This document shows, piece after piece, positions 1 to 8,805 of a stretch of 54,940 nt of DNA. Made by a program: the position numbers and the translations under genes. The stretch covers positions 1 to 54,940 of the IMG/VR virus record IMGVR_UViG_3300027749_000137; one strand, written 5' to 3'. Below the pieces are notes generated by a model. The model was not told where the DNA came from and did no database searches. It worked only from the letters and a program-made list of their open reading frames with translations. Position 1 is the first letter of the stretch; the number at the start of each line of letters is the position of its first letter. The DNA is from a virus. Its lineage: Duplodnaviria > Caudoviricetes.

Positions 1-693
1 GGTGGTAGCCAGTGCGCCTGTTGTTGAGGCATAGGTTACGCCATACTGTGTAAACGCGCTACTTTGACCTGTACCGCCGTAGTTATAAGCAAGTGGGGAA
101 GTGGTTGTAACCGTTGTAAACGCACCTGCTGCTGGGGTTGTAGCGCCCACTGTGCCGTTTAAAGCTCCGCCAAACTTGGTTGCCGCTAACGTTGTGCCGT
201 CCCAAGTCAGGGCAGAAGAAGCCCCAAATGCACCAGAGCTATTGAACTGTACCTGCGTGTTAGAGCCAGCAGCAGAGCCACCGCCCACGTTTACGAAGTT
301 TGTACCATCCCAAGCCACAATGGCCCGCGTACCTGCTGCCAGAGTAACGCCCGTACCGGTAGCAGCTTTGATCGTGATTGACTGGGAGCCGCCTGTGTTA
401 TTGATGACAACGTAGGTTTTAGACTGCGCCGGAACCGTAATGGTGCGGGTAACTGTACCGCTTGCTGTCCACAGAATGACTGCGTACTGAGAGCTATTTC
501 CCGTCAACCCTGTGCTGGCTGCTGTACCTGTAGTAACTGCCAACGTAATGTCGGCATCGGTGGAGATAGTCTGCGTACCTGCAACCGCAACGTCGATGAT
601 CTGCGAGATTGCGTTATTTACGGTGTCGCCCCATGTGCCGGACAGCGTACCCGTTGTGGGTAGCGTCAAACCTATAAGTGATGTATTTGCCAT
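1..693 (-). CDS. Tail fibre/tail protein, 3' end outside window
   Basis: Hand-translated, not in ORF track: MANTSLIGLTLPTTGTLSGTWGDTVNNAISQIIDVAVAG...GSNTQVQFNSSGAFG. The GTWG N-terminus and Gly/Thr/Ser-rich body are typical of phage fibres; AGGAG SD at 701-705. Confidence 0.75.
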   Translation of the reverse strand, partial: MANTSLIGLTLPTTGTLSGTWGDTVNNAISQIIDVAVAGTQTISTDADITLAVTTGTAASTGLTGNSSQYAVILWTASGTVTRTITVPAQSKTYVVINNTGGSQSITIKAATGTGVTLAAGTRAIVAWDGTNFVNVGGGSAAGSNTQVQFNSSGAFGASSALTWDGTTLAATKFGGALNGTVGATTPAAGAFTTVTTTSPLAYNYGGTGQSSAFTQYGVTYASTTGALATT

Positions 694-703
694 TCAAAAG
701 CTC

Positions 704-1480
704 CTAAAACGTAGGAATTGCTGTCCAATTTGGGGTCTCGGTTGTATCAATTGCCGTCCATCCCGGGGTTTGGGTATTACCTATATTTTGCCAGTTTGGA
801 GTCTGGCTGTCATCTATTAATTCCCACAAATTGCGGCCCGATTGCGCCACCGTCAAGGCCATCGTATCTGATACAGCCGCATGATAACCGGTGATAGCCG
901 TATTGGAATCCGATATTGCTGCTGTTTCAGTGATGCTTTGTATGTAATAGGTTCCAACCGTTGTGCTATCCGTAAGCGCCATCGACTCCGTGATGGTCAT
1001 TATCAGCGTAGCAACTTGGGTTTGTGCTATTGCTACGGACTCTGTGACGCTGGCTACAAAGTTGGCTAACGCAGCTTCCGTCGTTAGGATCGGGTTCGTC
1101 TCTGTCAGGGAGACTTGGTAAGTAGCGTTTGCTGCTTCGGTAGTAGACGTTACTGCGGTCTCAATTACCGTGGTTGTGTAGGACGTTGCCGCCGTGTTGG
1201 AATCCGTCAGCGCTGCTGTTTCTGTTACTGATCGGGCAAACGTAGCTGCTACCGCCTCAGTGGTCGATGTTGATGCAGTTTCTGCCCGGCTGACTGCAAA
1301 TGTGGCTGCTATTGCCTCGGCTGTGGACGTGGCTGCTGTCTCCGTGATGGAAACGCCAAAGGCCGCTGTTGCGGCCTCGGTGGATGTGATTGCTACTGTT
1401 TCGGTTACGCTATCTGCGTATACATCTCCGCCACCCCAGTAGCCATCACCCCAAGCATTTACGCCCCAACCGGTTGCCAT
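704..1480 (-). CDS. Virion structural protein with ~20-aa Thr/Ala repeats
   Basis: About ten 20-aa SxTETxA repeats, a GWGxxxWG N-terminus and Trp repeats at the C-terminus; lies in the structural operon. Confidence 0.7.
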   Translation of the reverse strand: MATGWGVNAWGDGYWGGGDVYADSVTETVAITSTEAATAAFGVSITETAATSTAEAIAATFAVSRAETASTSTTEAVAATFARSVTETAALTDSNTAATSYTTTVIETAVTSTTEAANATYQVSLTETNPILTTEAALANFVASVTESVAIAQTQVATLIMTITESMALTDSTTVGTYYIQSITETAAISDSNTAITGYHAAVSDTMALTVAQSGRNLWELIDDSQTPNWQNIGNTQTPGWTAIDTTETPNWTAIPTF

Positions 1481-1481
1481 C

Positions 1482-2045
1482 TTAGGTCAGGGTAGCCGTA
1501 TAGGTTACCGCGATGGTATCGCCGTTGACCACAGACTTGGAGCTGGAGAAGTCCCCAGCGGAGAACAAGACCCCAGTCGTGCTGTCTTTGGTGGAGCTGC
1601 CGCCGATGTTGATGAAGCAGCCAGCCACAGTGCCCGTACTGGTCATAGAAAATGACACTGCCGAAGAAGTTGCTTTGCTGCCAGCCGATGCGGCGCTAAA
1701 CGAAGGAGTGGGGCGGTTGCCGGAGTAAGTAGGTGCGTTTGCCAGACCAACTTCGTTCCAGCTTGAATGGGATGCTTGCGTATCTGCAACTACCGCCGTG
1801 CCAGTTCCTTTGAGGCCCATGACCACTGCGCCAGCGGCTACGTTACCAAGGATGGTGTCCAAAGTAGAGTTCTTGCCGACGGTAGTGACAAGGTTTTCAA
1901 TGTCGTCTTCCCACTTGATATTACCGGCGATATCATAGCAAACAGCGTGGTAGGTGCCGTGAATAGACATGGAGTCCTCGGGCATGGTGTTGTACTTGGT
2001 GACTGCCTCTACTTTGTCAGTCGCAATGATTTTGTCGTGGGACAT
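1482..2045 (-). CDS. Virion structural protein
   Basis: 187 aa with NLVTTVGKN and GDTIAVTY motifs common in phage structural proteins; tightly packed; SD present. Confidence 0.7.
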   Translation of the reverse strand: MSHDKIIATDKVEAVTKYNTMPEDSMSIHGTYHAVCYDIAGNIKWEDDIENLVTTVGKNSTLDTILGNVAAGAVVMGLKGTGTAVVADTQASHSSWNEVGLANAPTYSGNRPTPSFSAASAGSKATSSAVSFSMTSTGTVAGCFINIGGSSTKDSTTGVLFSAGDFSSSKSVVNGDTIAVTYTATLT

Positions 2046-2054
2046 AGGTACTCC

Positions 2055-2477
2055 TTAATTAATACGGATTAATGCTGCATCAGATGAATTGGAAGGCATC
2101 AAAATTTGAAATCCTTGATTCACCATAGTTTGAATTGCTCCAAAATTGATTACACCAATAGATTTATTTGCTTTAGACGCATTGTAAACAAGCGCCCCTA
2201 ATGTGGAAAAATTTGCTGCATTCCAAGTAGGATCATCAAAATCCACATACGCTACACCCGCCGTGTTGCTAAGAGTGACTGTGACATTAGTCGCAGTAAT
2301 TCCCCCTGCGGTATAGCCTGTCCCAGAAACTTCATTTATGGTGGAATAAACAGTGGTAGTTGGTCCCAAAGTAGCAGAAGATGTGTACAGCGCAACTTTG
2401 ATCGTATCTACAGATAGATCATGAACCCCTAAAAGGAGCTGGTATTTAAAACTGTTGGTAAGTCCTGCTGTAATCAT
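2055..2477 (-). CDS. Virion structural protein
   Basis: 140 aa with KVALYTSSATL...TT.YS..NEVSGTGYTAGG, a recurrent phage structural family. Confidence 0.7.
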   Translation of the reverse strand: MITAGLTNSFKYQLLLGVHDLSVDTIKVALYTSSATLGPTTTVYSTINEVSGTGYTAGGITATNVTVTLSNTAGVAYVDFDDPTWNAANFSTLGALVYNASKANKSIGVINFGAIQTMVNQGFQILMPSNSSDAALIRIN

Positions 2478-2479
2478 GC

Positions 2480-3130
2480 TTAGCTCACCGGTATTTTGAC
2501 TTGACCATCACGATATGTATCCATCCGCTGTTTACCATCACCCAAATTCTTCAGGAGCAACAACGCTTCTTTGTATTTTCCATCGTATAGCGTCAAAAGG
2601 TCCTGCTCGCCCTTCATAAAGGTATACGCCTCAATCAAACAACCATACAACAACGCTATGTCAAAATTATCGCCCAACCAAGATGTTCCTGAAGTAACAA
2701 TTGAAGTGGGGTAATAGTAGTAGTGCAGTTCAGCGTTGTAACTAACATCTGGGGTTGGCCCCAGAATAAAACTTAATTCTGCTTGATTAGTCGATTGGGG
2801 CCCAAAAATAGCATAGTATTTTGGTGTTCCTGTGCCTGTCGAAGAAGGATATACCTCACGAATGAAGTTTACATCCTTATCCAATAAGTAGGTGTAATCC
2901 CCACCCGTTGGATATATAGCAATTGAATAGACTGATAAAAAGTCTTCTGGTGCAGCCAGATACTTATTGTTAGCTGAAATTACGCCAGTAGCATTTTTTC
3001 GCAAGTTGGCCAACTGGACAGTGTTGTATATGCGCTGCTCTGCCTGCTTTGTAAACGTAGCAAGTTCTGTTGCAGTAAAAGTGTTTTCAGTGTAGTCCGC
3101 AATGGCTACACAAAGTTCGGTATAGGTCAT
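2480..3130 (-). CDS. Head-tail adaptor-like protein
   Basis: 216 aa with GTPKYYA, LGPTPD and LLYGCLIEAY motifs; downstream of the capsid genes. Confidence 0.65.
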   Translation of the reverse strand: MTYTELCVAIADYTENTFTATELATFTKQAEQRIYNTVQLANLRKNATGVISANNKYLAAPEDFLSVYSIAIYPTGGDYTYLLDKDVNFIREVYPSSTGTGTPKYYAIFGPQSTNQAELSFILGPTPDVSYNAELHYYYYPTSIVTSGTSWLGDNFDIALLYGCLIEAYTFMKGEQDLLTLYDGKYKEALLLLKNLGDGKQRMDTYRDGQVKIPVS

Positions 3131-3459
3131 GTTATCTGCGTCCTAACTTGCCCCATAAGCCCCGTTGCCTGCAACGGTTTGGCATATGGCATAGGCATCA
3201 TACCTATGCTAGAAAAAGAAGTGTCCGTGGTCGCCCCAACAAAGATTGTAACCAGCAATTTGGATTCTGGGCGGGGCTGATACAGCGCTTGAGGTTCCGT
3301 AATGGTCCGTTTTGGCTCCAACTGCGGGTGCTTGGGTTCGTAGCATTCCGTGCATACTTTAAACCCCTTCCAATCCCGAATCAATTCCAGCAATTTGTAC
3401 CGCTGACCGCACTGATCACACAATGCAATCGCATACCGGCCTGAAGCATAGCCGGACAT
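3127..3459 (-). CDS. Conserved phage protein with CxxC...CxxC Zn ribbon
   Basis: CDQCG...VCTECYEPKHPQL; overlaps the next gene by 4 bp. Confidence 0.7.
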   Translation of the reverse strand: MSGYASGRYAIALCDQCGQRYKLLELIRDWKGFKVCTECYEPKHPQLEPKRTITEPQALYQPRPESKLLVTIFVGATTDTSFSSIGMMPMPYAKPLQATGLMGQVRTQIT

Positions 3460-3462
3460 GGT

Positions 3463-4137
3463 CTACCCCGCCATAAAAGTAGGAATTAAGAATACGCTTG
3501 CCGTATCCCTATCTTCCATAGCCGCCCGAGCAAATTCTTCTTCGTAAAACTGCTTAAGCATCATGACTCGTTCCGGAGCTTTTTTTAGAGCCAAATAATA
3601 GGCTAAAGCTGCCACCAAACAAGGCAAAAAGCGGAACACAATATCCGCTGTATTTAAATAAGTGTCTGCGTTGTCAATCCGGCGGATGGCGTAGTACACA
3701 AAAGTGTACGTGGTAGTCGAATCAGGTGTAGGGTATAAGTACAAAGTGGTCGGTACAGACCGTTGAACGTAGTACTGAGCGGGACGAGACTGCGTATTTT
3801 TGTTGGGGAGATGCAGATACTCAGCGCGGCTGATACGATCAATCGTAATATCCTGCTGTGTAGACCCACTACCCGTACGAATGACTGCCGAAAGGGCATT
3901 AACTGTGTCGGAAGGAAGTTCGTAACTAGCTACCCCAGTAGAAAGCACTTGGGTACGCTGTTCAATCGTCCAAAGATTCAACCCACGATTTGCCCATTCG
4001 GCAAAAATCAGGTTTAAAGACCGCAAAGCGGTCTTCATGTCGTAGCCTGCCCTGACCTCTAGGCCGCAGCGCTCATACGCTTCGGCTATTAGGTCATCAA
4101 ATTGCAGGTCAAAGTTGGCTACGCCAGAAGTGGTCAT
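3463..4137 (-). CDS. Head-tail adaptor/tail tubular-like protein
   Basis: 224 aa with IAEAYERCG, EWANRGLNLW, RPAQYYVQR and LYPTPD; neck-module position. Confidence 0.65.
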   Translation of the reverse strand: MTTSGVANFDLQFDDLIAEAYERCGLEVRAGYDMKTALRSLNLIFAEWANRGLNLWTIEQRTQVLSTGVASYELPSDTVNALSAVIRTGSGSTQQDITIDRISRAEYLHLPNKNTQSRPAQYYVQRSVPTTLYLYPTPDSTTTYTFVYYAIRRIDNADTYLNTADIVFRFLPCLVAALAYYLALKKAPERVMMLKQFYEEEFARAAMEDRDTASVFLIPTFMAG

Positions 4138-4139
4138 TT

Positions 4140-4559
4140 TTAGCAGATCTTAGCGGTACGTGCGCGGGCTGCGCCCACACCTTTGACCTGTACAGTCTGT
4201 ACTTTTCCGCCGTTGGAATAACCACGCTGGGCAATGCCTTGGCCACGGAGTGCAGCTCCACCTTGTTTGTAGCCCAAAGCATCGGCATTCATATCGCGCT
4301 TGGAGCCCTCTTTCATGCCCGCATCCACATCCTTTGCCGACTGTTCAAACTTTTTCATCTTGTCAGACATCATGGCCTTGACTGCGGGTTTTTTAAATGC
4401 TGGTTTTTTCATAATGCCACCTTTTTGAAATTTGCGGCCTTTATCCGCTTTGGAAAAATCTTCACCCACGGACTGCGGGATACCTACTTTTTTGGCAAAA
4501 GCGGCATTGTGTGCTACCGCTTCCATCAAATTATGTTGTTTCTTACTCTTGCTTGGCAT
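4140..4559 (-). CDS. Basic small virion-associated protein with three xxKGG-type motifs
   Basis: Start refined to MPSKSKKQHNLMEAVAHN (4559, or 4562); contains FQKGG, YKQGG and YSNGG. Confidence 0.65.
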   Translation of the reverse strand: MPSKSKKQHNLMEAVAHNAAFAKKVGIPQSVGEDFSKADKGRKFQKGGIMKKPAFKKPAVKAMMSDKMKKFEQSAKDVDAGMKEGSKRDMNADALGYKQGGAALRGQGIAQRGYSNGGKVQTVQVKGVGAARARTAKIC

Positions 4560-4749
4560 CATCTGCCTTCTTTCGGACAATGACTTCAGAAAATGACTTG
4601 CCTGTTGCCATTTCAACAATACGCATCACACCGACAATCGCGCCAATAAGACCAAACACAGGAGAAATTACTTCCAGAAATGTGCCGATTGTTGAAAATA
4701 TTGCCAAGATATCAAGGACATCTTTCATGGCAGTATGGTGTTCATTCAT
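4543..4749 (-). CDS. Small membrane protein
   Basis: 68 aa with a hydrophobic stretch; AGGA SD upstream. Confidence 0.6.
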   Translation of the reverse strand: MNEHHTAMKDVLDILAIFSTIGTFLEVISPVFGLIGAIVGVMRIVEMATGKSFSEVIVRKKADDAKQE

Positions 4750-4757
4750 ATCCTACC

Positions 4758-5003
4758 TCAGCACTTCCAAGCCCGAAGGCTCTTGTTTATACGAGAATTC
4801 GGGTTTTTCGCCGTCTTCTCGCTGGTAAGTTTTTTCTTCATCCCAGTCATTCTTGCACAAAAAGAGTCGCGCCTGCTGCCGCCTTCTGGTTGGGGAGGTT
4901 TTAAATTCATCCCTTCCTTTTTGGCAGAGGCCCGACCCTTGGCATTCAAACCCCCATTGGGGTTCTTGCCTTCCTTGCGCTGCCATGCTGCGGTCTTAGC
5001 CAT
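4758..5003 (-). CDS. Conserved basic phage protein
   Basis: Start refined to MAKTAAWQRKEGKNPNGGLNAKGRAS...SFCARM...WKC, a recurrent phage family. Confidence 0.7.
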   Translation of the reverse strand: MAKTAAWQRKEGKNPNGGLNAKGRASAKKEGMNLKPPQPEGGSRRDSFCARMTGMKKKLTSEKTAKNPNSRINKSLRAWKC

Positions 5004-5004
5004 T

Positions 5005-5190
5005 TCAGTACATTTTGCAAGGCTTATTCCGTGCCTGACCCACACCGCGAGGAGAAACAGAGCTTGTAGGCCCTTTTCCCGGCTTGCGAGCGGTTTGCTT
5101 AGGGCCACCTTTGCTCATATCTTGCTTTTGTGCACCAGACTGAACTTCGCCTTGGTACTGATCATCTGCCATTTTTGCTGCACGTCCCAT
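5005..5190 (-). CDS. Small basic protein
   Basis: 61 aa; GGAG SD; ends PRGVGQAR..KPCKMY, resembling the C-terminus of the 4140 ORF (KGVGAARARTAKIC). Confidence 0.65.
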   Translation of the reverse strand: MGRAAKMADDQYQGEVQSGAQKQDMSKGGPKQTARKPGKGPTSSVSPRGVGQARNKPCKMY

Positions 5191-5200
5191 GATGGACTCC

Positions 5201-5713
5201 TTATCCGTAATAAATAGTCAAACCGGTTTGATTTGATAGCTGGCCATAAAGCCCATTAACCGCCCAAATACCATCGCCGGGGATCAACAGCGTGACTGTA
5301 GCGGAGTTATTTGTAGTGTCCCACGAAGTCATCCAACGTGATCCAACCGCGCTTTGAGAAGCTGATGCACCGGCAGTGATGCTTCCTGAGTTGATGTCCG
5401 TTACGGTATATGTACTTGACGTGAGTACCGTAACAACATAATTTCCATTGGTAGCTGTGCCGCCTGTGCCTGCACCAAAAGCTAAGCCCACTACATCGCC
5501 GGTAGTCAAGCCATGAGAGGCCAGAGTAATGGTAATAAGAGTTCCAGCACGGCCATAAGTGACGGCAGTTGGGGCCGCAGAAGAGTCCCAAATGTTCACT
5601 GTGCCTGCCGTAGCAGAACCAATACCAATAACGCCTTTTAGGCGCGTCCTGCCAGTGACCATTTGGCCACTGGCGTTTATATGCGCACTTTTTACGTCAA
5701 ATTGAAAGCCCAT
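5201..5713 (-). CDS. Virion structural/decoration protein
   Basis: 170 aa; ITLASHGLTTGD insert typical of small beta-domains in virion proteins; GGAGG SD. Confidence 0.65.
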   Translation of the reverse strand: MGFQFDVKSAHINASGQMVTGRTRLKGVIGIGSATAGTVNIWDSSAAPTAVTYGRAGTLITITLASHGLTTGDVVGLAFGAGTGGTATNGNYVVTVLTSSTYTVTDINSGSITAGASASQSAVGSRWMTSWDTTNNSATVTLLIPGDGIWAVNGLYGQLSNQTGLTIYYG

Positions 5714-5725
5714 AATGGCCTCCTA

Positions 5726-6265
5726 TTAGGAATCGGCAAACGGTGTAGCTACAGTGCCAGTGCCGAGGATCACGCCAGTAACCATGTATTTCAATGCAGC
5801 CAGTGCGCGGATCTCGATCCATGTGCCAGCAACACCGCCAGTGGTGCCGCCATTCAAATTGATGAAATCATTGCTGGCAGCGGCGGTAAAACCAACCATT
5901 GCACCCGCCGAATCGGTATCTACCGACAACAACGAACCAACAAACTTGTCAGTGCCGTCCGTACCAATCTTCAGCGAGCTTGTGCTGATGGTTGTAGGAA
6001 CCCAAATTGTGTACAAAACACCTTGGTTATTTAGTGTGTTGTAGTCATTGCCGGGTCCAGAAGTAGAACCATTGGAACTAGTGTTAATTGTGGGCAAAAG
6101 AATGGTTAGAGCAGATGCCAAAGAACCGCCAACGCTAATCATGCGGCCGCCGTGGGCAATTGGATCAAGTGTGGTATTGGAAGTGATAGAAACAACAGAG
6201 GAAGGGCCCTGTTGATACAGGCCGCCCATCGAACGAAAGGGGCCGCTAAAAGTCGTACGTGCCAT
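5726..6265 (-). CDS. Virion structural protein (MARTTFSGP family)
   Basis: Start refined to 6265 by AAGGA SD; the MAxTTFxGP N-terminus is common in genes following the major capsid gene. Confidence 0.7.
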   Translation of the reverse strand: MARTTFSGPFRSMGGLYQQGPSSVVSITSNTTLDPIAHGGRMISVGGSLASALTILLPTINTSSNGSTSGPGNDYNTLNNQGVLYTIWVPTTISTSSLKIGTDGTDKFVGSLLSVDTDSAGAMVGFTAAASNDFINLNGGTTGGVAGTWIEIRALAALKYMVTGVILGTGTVATPFADS

Positions 6266-6270
6266 AGCAA

Positions 6271-6348
6271 TAGTCCTTACATACAAGTTAAGTACATTGA
6301 TCGGTATGTCGTCTGCCGGGACAGTTCAATGCACCGGAAAGCCCGGGT
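6271..6348 (-). ncRNA. Candidate pseudoknotted 5'-leader RNA
   Basis: Three interleaved pairings: CCGGG/CCCGG, GUGCAUUGA/UCAAUGUAC and ACAUAC/GUAUGU. The last abuts the SD. Confidence 0.5.
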
Positions 6349-6355
6349 TAGCCAC

Positions 6356-6383
6356 AATATACACCATTTTTAACTCATGTCAA
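6356..6383 (-). promoter_or_regulatory. sigma70-like promoter
   Basis: TTGACA-N16-TATATT on the minus strand, upstream of the structured leader. Confidence 0.6.
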
Positions 6384-6384
6384 C

Positions 6385-6774
6385 ATGCCGTACAAAGATT
6401 TAGCAAAACGCAAGGAAAAAGCCAAAGAATATTCGGCTAGGCATTATGCTGCCAACAGTACGGCCCAAAAAGTAAGGACAAAAGCAAGCAGGAAGGTAGG
6501 CAAGGAGAAATGGAACGAGTTCAAAGCAACCCTGATGTGCACCCAATGTGGGATATCACACCCCGCCGTTATAGATTTCCACCATCCCCCCGGTACAAAA
6601 GAATACAGTGTCCACAAATTGGCCCAAAATGGCCGGTACAAAAAAGCATATATAGAAGCCGCAAAATGTATAGTTTTGTGTTCTAACTGCCATCGACTTC
6701 ACCACCACAACGAACGTTTAGCCAAGAAAATGGGGGCCGAAGCCCCCATTTTGAGTGGGATAGTACCCAATTAA
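6385..6774 (+). CDS. HNH endonuclease
   Basis: CTQCG...IDFHH...C.VLCSNCHRLHH signature; antisense to the surrounding structural genes. Confidence 0.85.
   Translation: MPYKDLAKRKEKAKEYSARHYAANSTAQKVRTKASRKVGKEKWNEFKATLMCTQCGISHPAVIDFHHPPGTKEYSVHKLAQNGRYKKAYIEAAKCIVLCSNCHRLHHHNERLAKKMGAEAPILSGIVPN
6724..6752 (-). terminator. Intrinsic terminator
   Basis: Minus strand AAAATGGGGG-CTTCGG-CCCCCATTTTCTT with a cUUCGg loop; follows the acidic ORF. Confidence 0.75.
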
Positions 6775-7076
6775 GCAGCGGCTTCTTCCTCTTCGCCTTC
6801 GCCCTCTTCCTCTTCCTCTTCCAACTCAAACCAATCATCAGACTCTTCGTCGTAGTAGTACCAAACTTCGGCTTCCTCATCGTACCAGTAAGCTACGCCT
6901 TCATCGTCATACACCAGATCTTCTGTATCCTCTTCCATAACTAGCTCCTCTTCGTTTTCGTCCGCTGCTTGGACAACAGTTACAAAATCGTTCAGCAATG
7001 CAACTTTCCAAAATTTGTCAGTGGAAAACTCAATGCTATCCCCAAAACCAAAATCAATTGTCAATTTGAAATCCAT
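6771..7076 (-). CDS. Highly acidic small protein
   Basis: Start refined to MDFKLTIDFG by AAGGGG SD; C-terminal half is Asp/Glu-rich with spaced Tyr/Trp. Confidence 0.7.
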   Translation of the reverse strand: MDFKLTIDFGFGDSIEFSTDKFWKVALLNDFVTVVQAADENEEELVMEEDTEDLVYDDEGVAYWYDEEAEVWYYYDEESDDWFELEEEEEEGEGEEEEAAA

Positions 7077-7212
7077 AATTAGCCCCTTAAAAATGGTGCA
7101 GCACGGCGCTGCAAACACATCTTATAAGTGATTTATGACACTTTAAGTCATTAATGTCTGGTATTTAACCCTGCAAATTTAACGTCAAACTTTAAAATTA
7201 CATGGTTAGCCA

Positions 7213-7240
7213 ATAAAAAGGGCCCCCAAAGGGGCCCTTT
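7213..7240 (-). terminator. Intrinsic terminator after the major capsid gene
   Basis: Minus strand AAAGGGCCCC-TTTG-GGGGCCCTTTTT. Confidence 0.85.
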
Positions 7241-7268
7241 ACATCGGTCGAACCGAAAGGCTGATTTA

Positions 7269-8183
7269 TCAGGTCGAACCCGAGGAACCATAAATGCCAC
7301 GTGGATCGCTCCAGCCGAAGCTGTAACGCTCACGCGCCTTGTAGCGCACGTTGCCGGTGTCAAAGTCGCCTTCAAAGGCGGTTTTGATGGGCGAACGCTG
7401 GAACATTTTCAGACCGTTGGGCGCATCGGTCATGATGAACCATGCGTTTGTGTCGGTCAGATAGTGGTTCACTGCATAGCCTTGAGGAATCAAGCCCATC
7501 GATTTGATGGCATTGACATCATTGTCGGCAGTAGCAGTACGCAAAGTGGACTTCATCAGACGCTCGGCAGTGAACTGAAGTTCTTTCGGAACAATCATTT
7601 TCGTGCCCAAGACGGCAATTTTCAGGCCGCGCTCGTCGATGAAACTTGCAATGTCGATCAGACCTTGCTCCAAAGACGTTTCGTTCAGGTCAGCCTGAGT
7701 CGAAGGCGTATTTGCAAAGTTCTGAGCCAGTGCAGTGGGGTGGTTCAGGTTGCACAGAGAAACGCCGTCACCGCCGACATAGTTGCCGCCAGTAAATGCA
7801 TTGTTCAGTACAGACGCTGCCTTGACCTGCTTGGTATGCGACATCGAACGAGCCAGAGCTTTGGTGTAGCGACCAGAGAGGCGGTCATAGAGGTTGTCCT
7901 CTACAGCTTCCTCAGTCAGTGCAAACGCCATGGCGATGGTTTCGTGCGTATAACGAGCCGTGAACGATTCGTTCGCGGTGTCATATTGAACGCCAGCACC
8001 CTCAGTCTTGGTGGGAGCAGAACCGAAGCCAGTCAACATCACCTCTTCTTCAAACGCACGGTCAGAGGATTCGATTTCAAAAATCTCTTCGTGTTCGTTT
8101 TCGTAGCGGTTGTACTCCATGCCGAACAAGGCATTGAGTCCGGGCTCTAGCTCTTTTACGAGTTGTGAACGTGTAATTGCCAT
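7269..8183 (-). CDS. Major capsid protein (Mu gpT-like family)
   Basis: MAITRSQLVKELEPGLNALFG...GDFDTGNVRYKARERYSFGWSDPRG; followed by a strong terminator. Confidence 0.9.
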   Translation of the reverse strand: MAITRSQLVKELEPGLNALFGMEYNRYENEHEEIFEIESSDRAFEEEVMLTGFGSAPTKTEGAGVQYDTANESFTARYTHETIAMAFALTEEAVEDNLYDRLSGRYTKALARSMSHTKQVKAASVLNNAFTGGNYVGGDGVSLCNLNHPTALAQNFANTPSTQADLNETSLEQGLIDIASFIDERGLKIAVLGTKMIVPKELQFTAERLMKSTLRTATADNDVNAIKSMGLIPQGYAVNHYLTDTNAWFIMTDAPNGLKMFQRSPIKTAFEGDFDTGNVRYKARERYSFGWSDPRGIYGSSGST

Positions 8184-8185
8184 GA

Positions 8186-8773
8186 TTATGCTCCGTCTGC
8201 TGCAACGCCAACACTACCGTATTGATGCTGATTAAGTTTGACAACCACCTGTGCATAACTACCGAAGGCATTCGTCGGGATATCGTAGATGCCTACGATC
8301 TTGAACGTCAGCGCTGCGGTCTTAGCGATAGAGGAGGAACCAAGACTACCACTGGAAATACCGCTGTAGGTACTACCGGTAGTAGATGCAGTTGGGTCAG
8401 CATTCTTGCCAATGTTGGCTTGAGTAACAGAACCGTCTGCTTGGACAACAAACAATTGATTGGGATCGTCCAAAACCTCAGTCACGATGCTACCGATATT
8501 GGGAGTAACACTACCGGGGTAGTAGTTCTTCCATGTCGGCTTATCAGCGCGAGTGGGGTCATTGTATTGGCAACCGTTAAACACGCCCGTGGGGGCATTG
8601 TGGGTGGAAGCGTCATACTTGATGATGTATCCGTCATAGACAACAACGAGGTCGCCCTGATAGATAGCAGTGCCGTATCCACTTGCAATCAGATAGCCAT
8701 ACTGCTTTTGTGCACCAGTGGCTGAAAGATTACCTAGCGGACGCAGACCAAAAGGCTTATTCACATTTGCCAT
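8186..8773 (-). CDS. Capsid decoration/minor capsid protein
   Basis: MANVNKPFGLRP...IYQGDLV...GVFNGCQY...DDPNQLF; immediately upstream of the major capsid gene. Confidence 0.7.
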   Translation of the reverse strand: MANVNKPFGLRPLGNLSATGAQKQYGYLIASGYGTAIYQGDLVVVYDGYIIKYDASTHNAPTGVFNGCQYNDPTRADKPTWKNYYPGSVTPNIGSIVTEVLDDPNQLFVVQADGSVTQANIGKNADPTASTTGSTYSGISSGSLGSSSIAKTAALTFKIVGIYDIPTNAFGSYAQVVVKLNQHQYGSVGVAADGA

Positions 8774-8805
8774 TTGTAGCTCCTAAAAGATTAAAAGGTA
8801 CCGCC

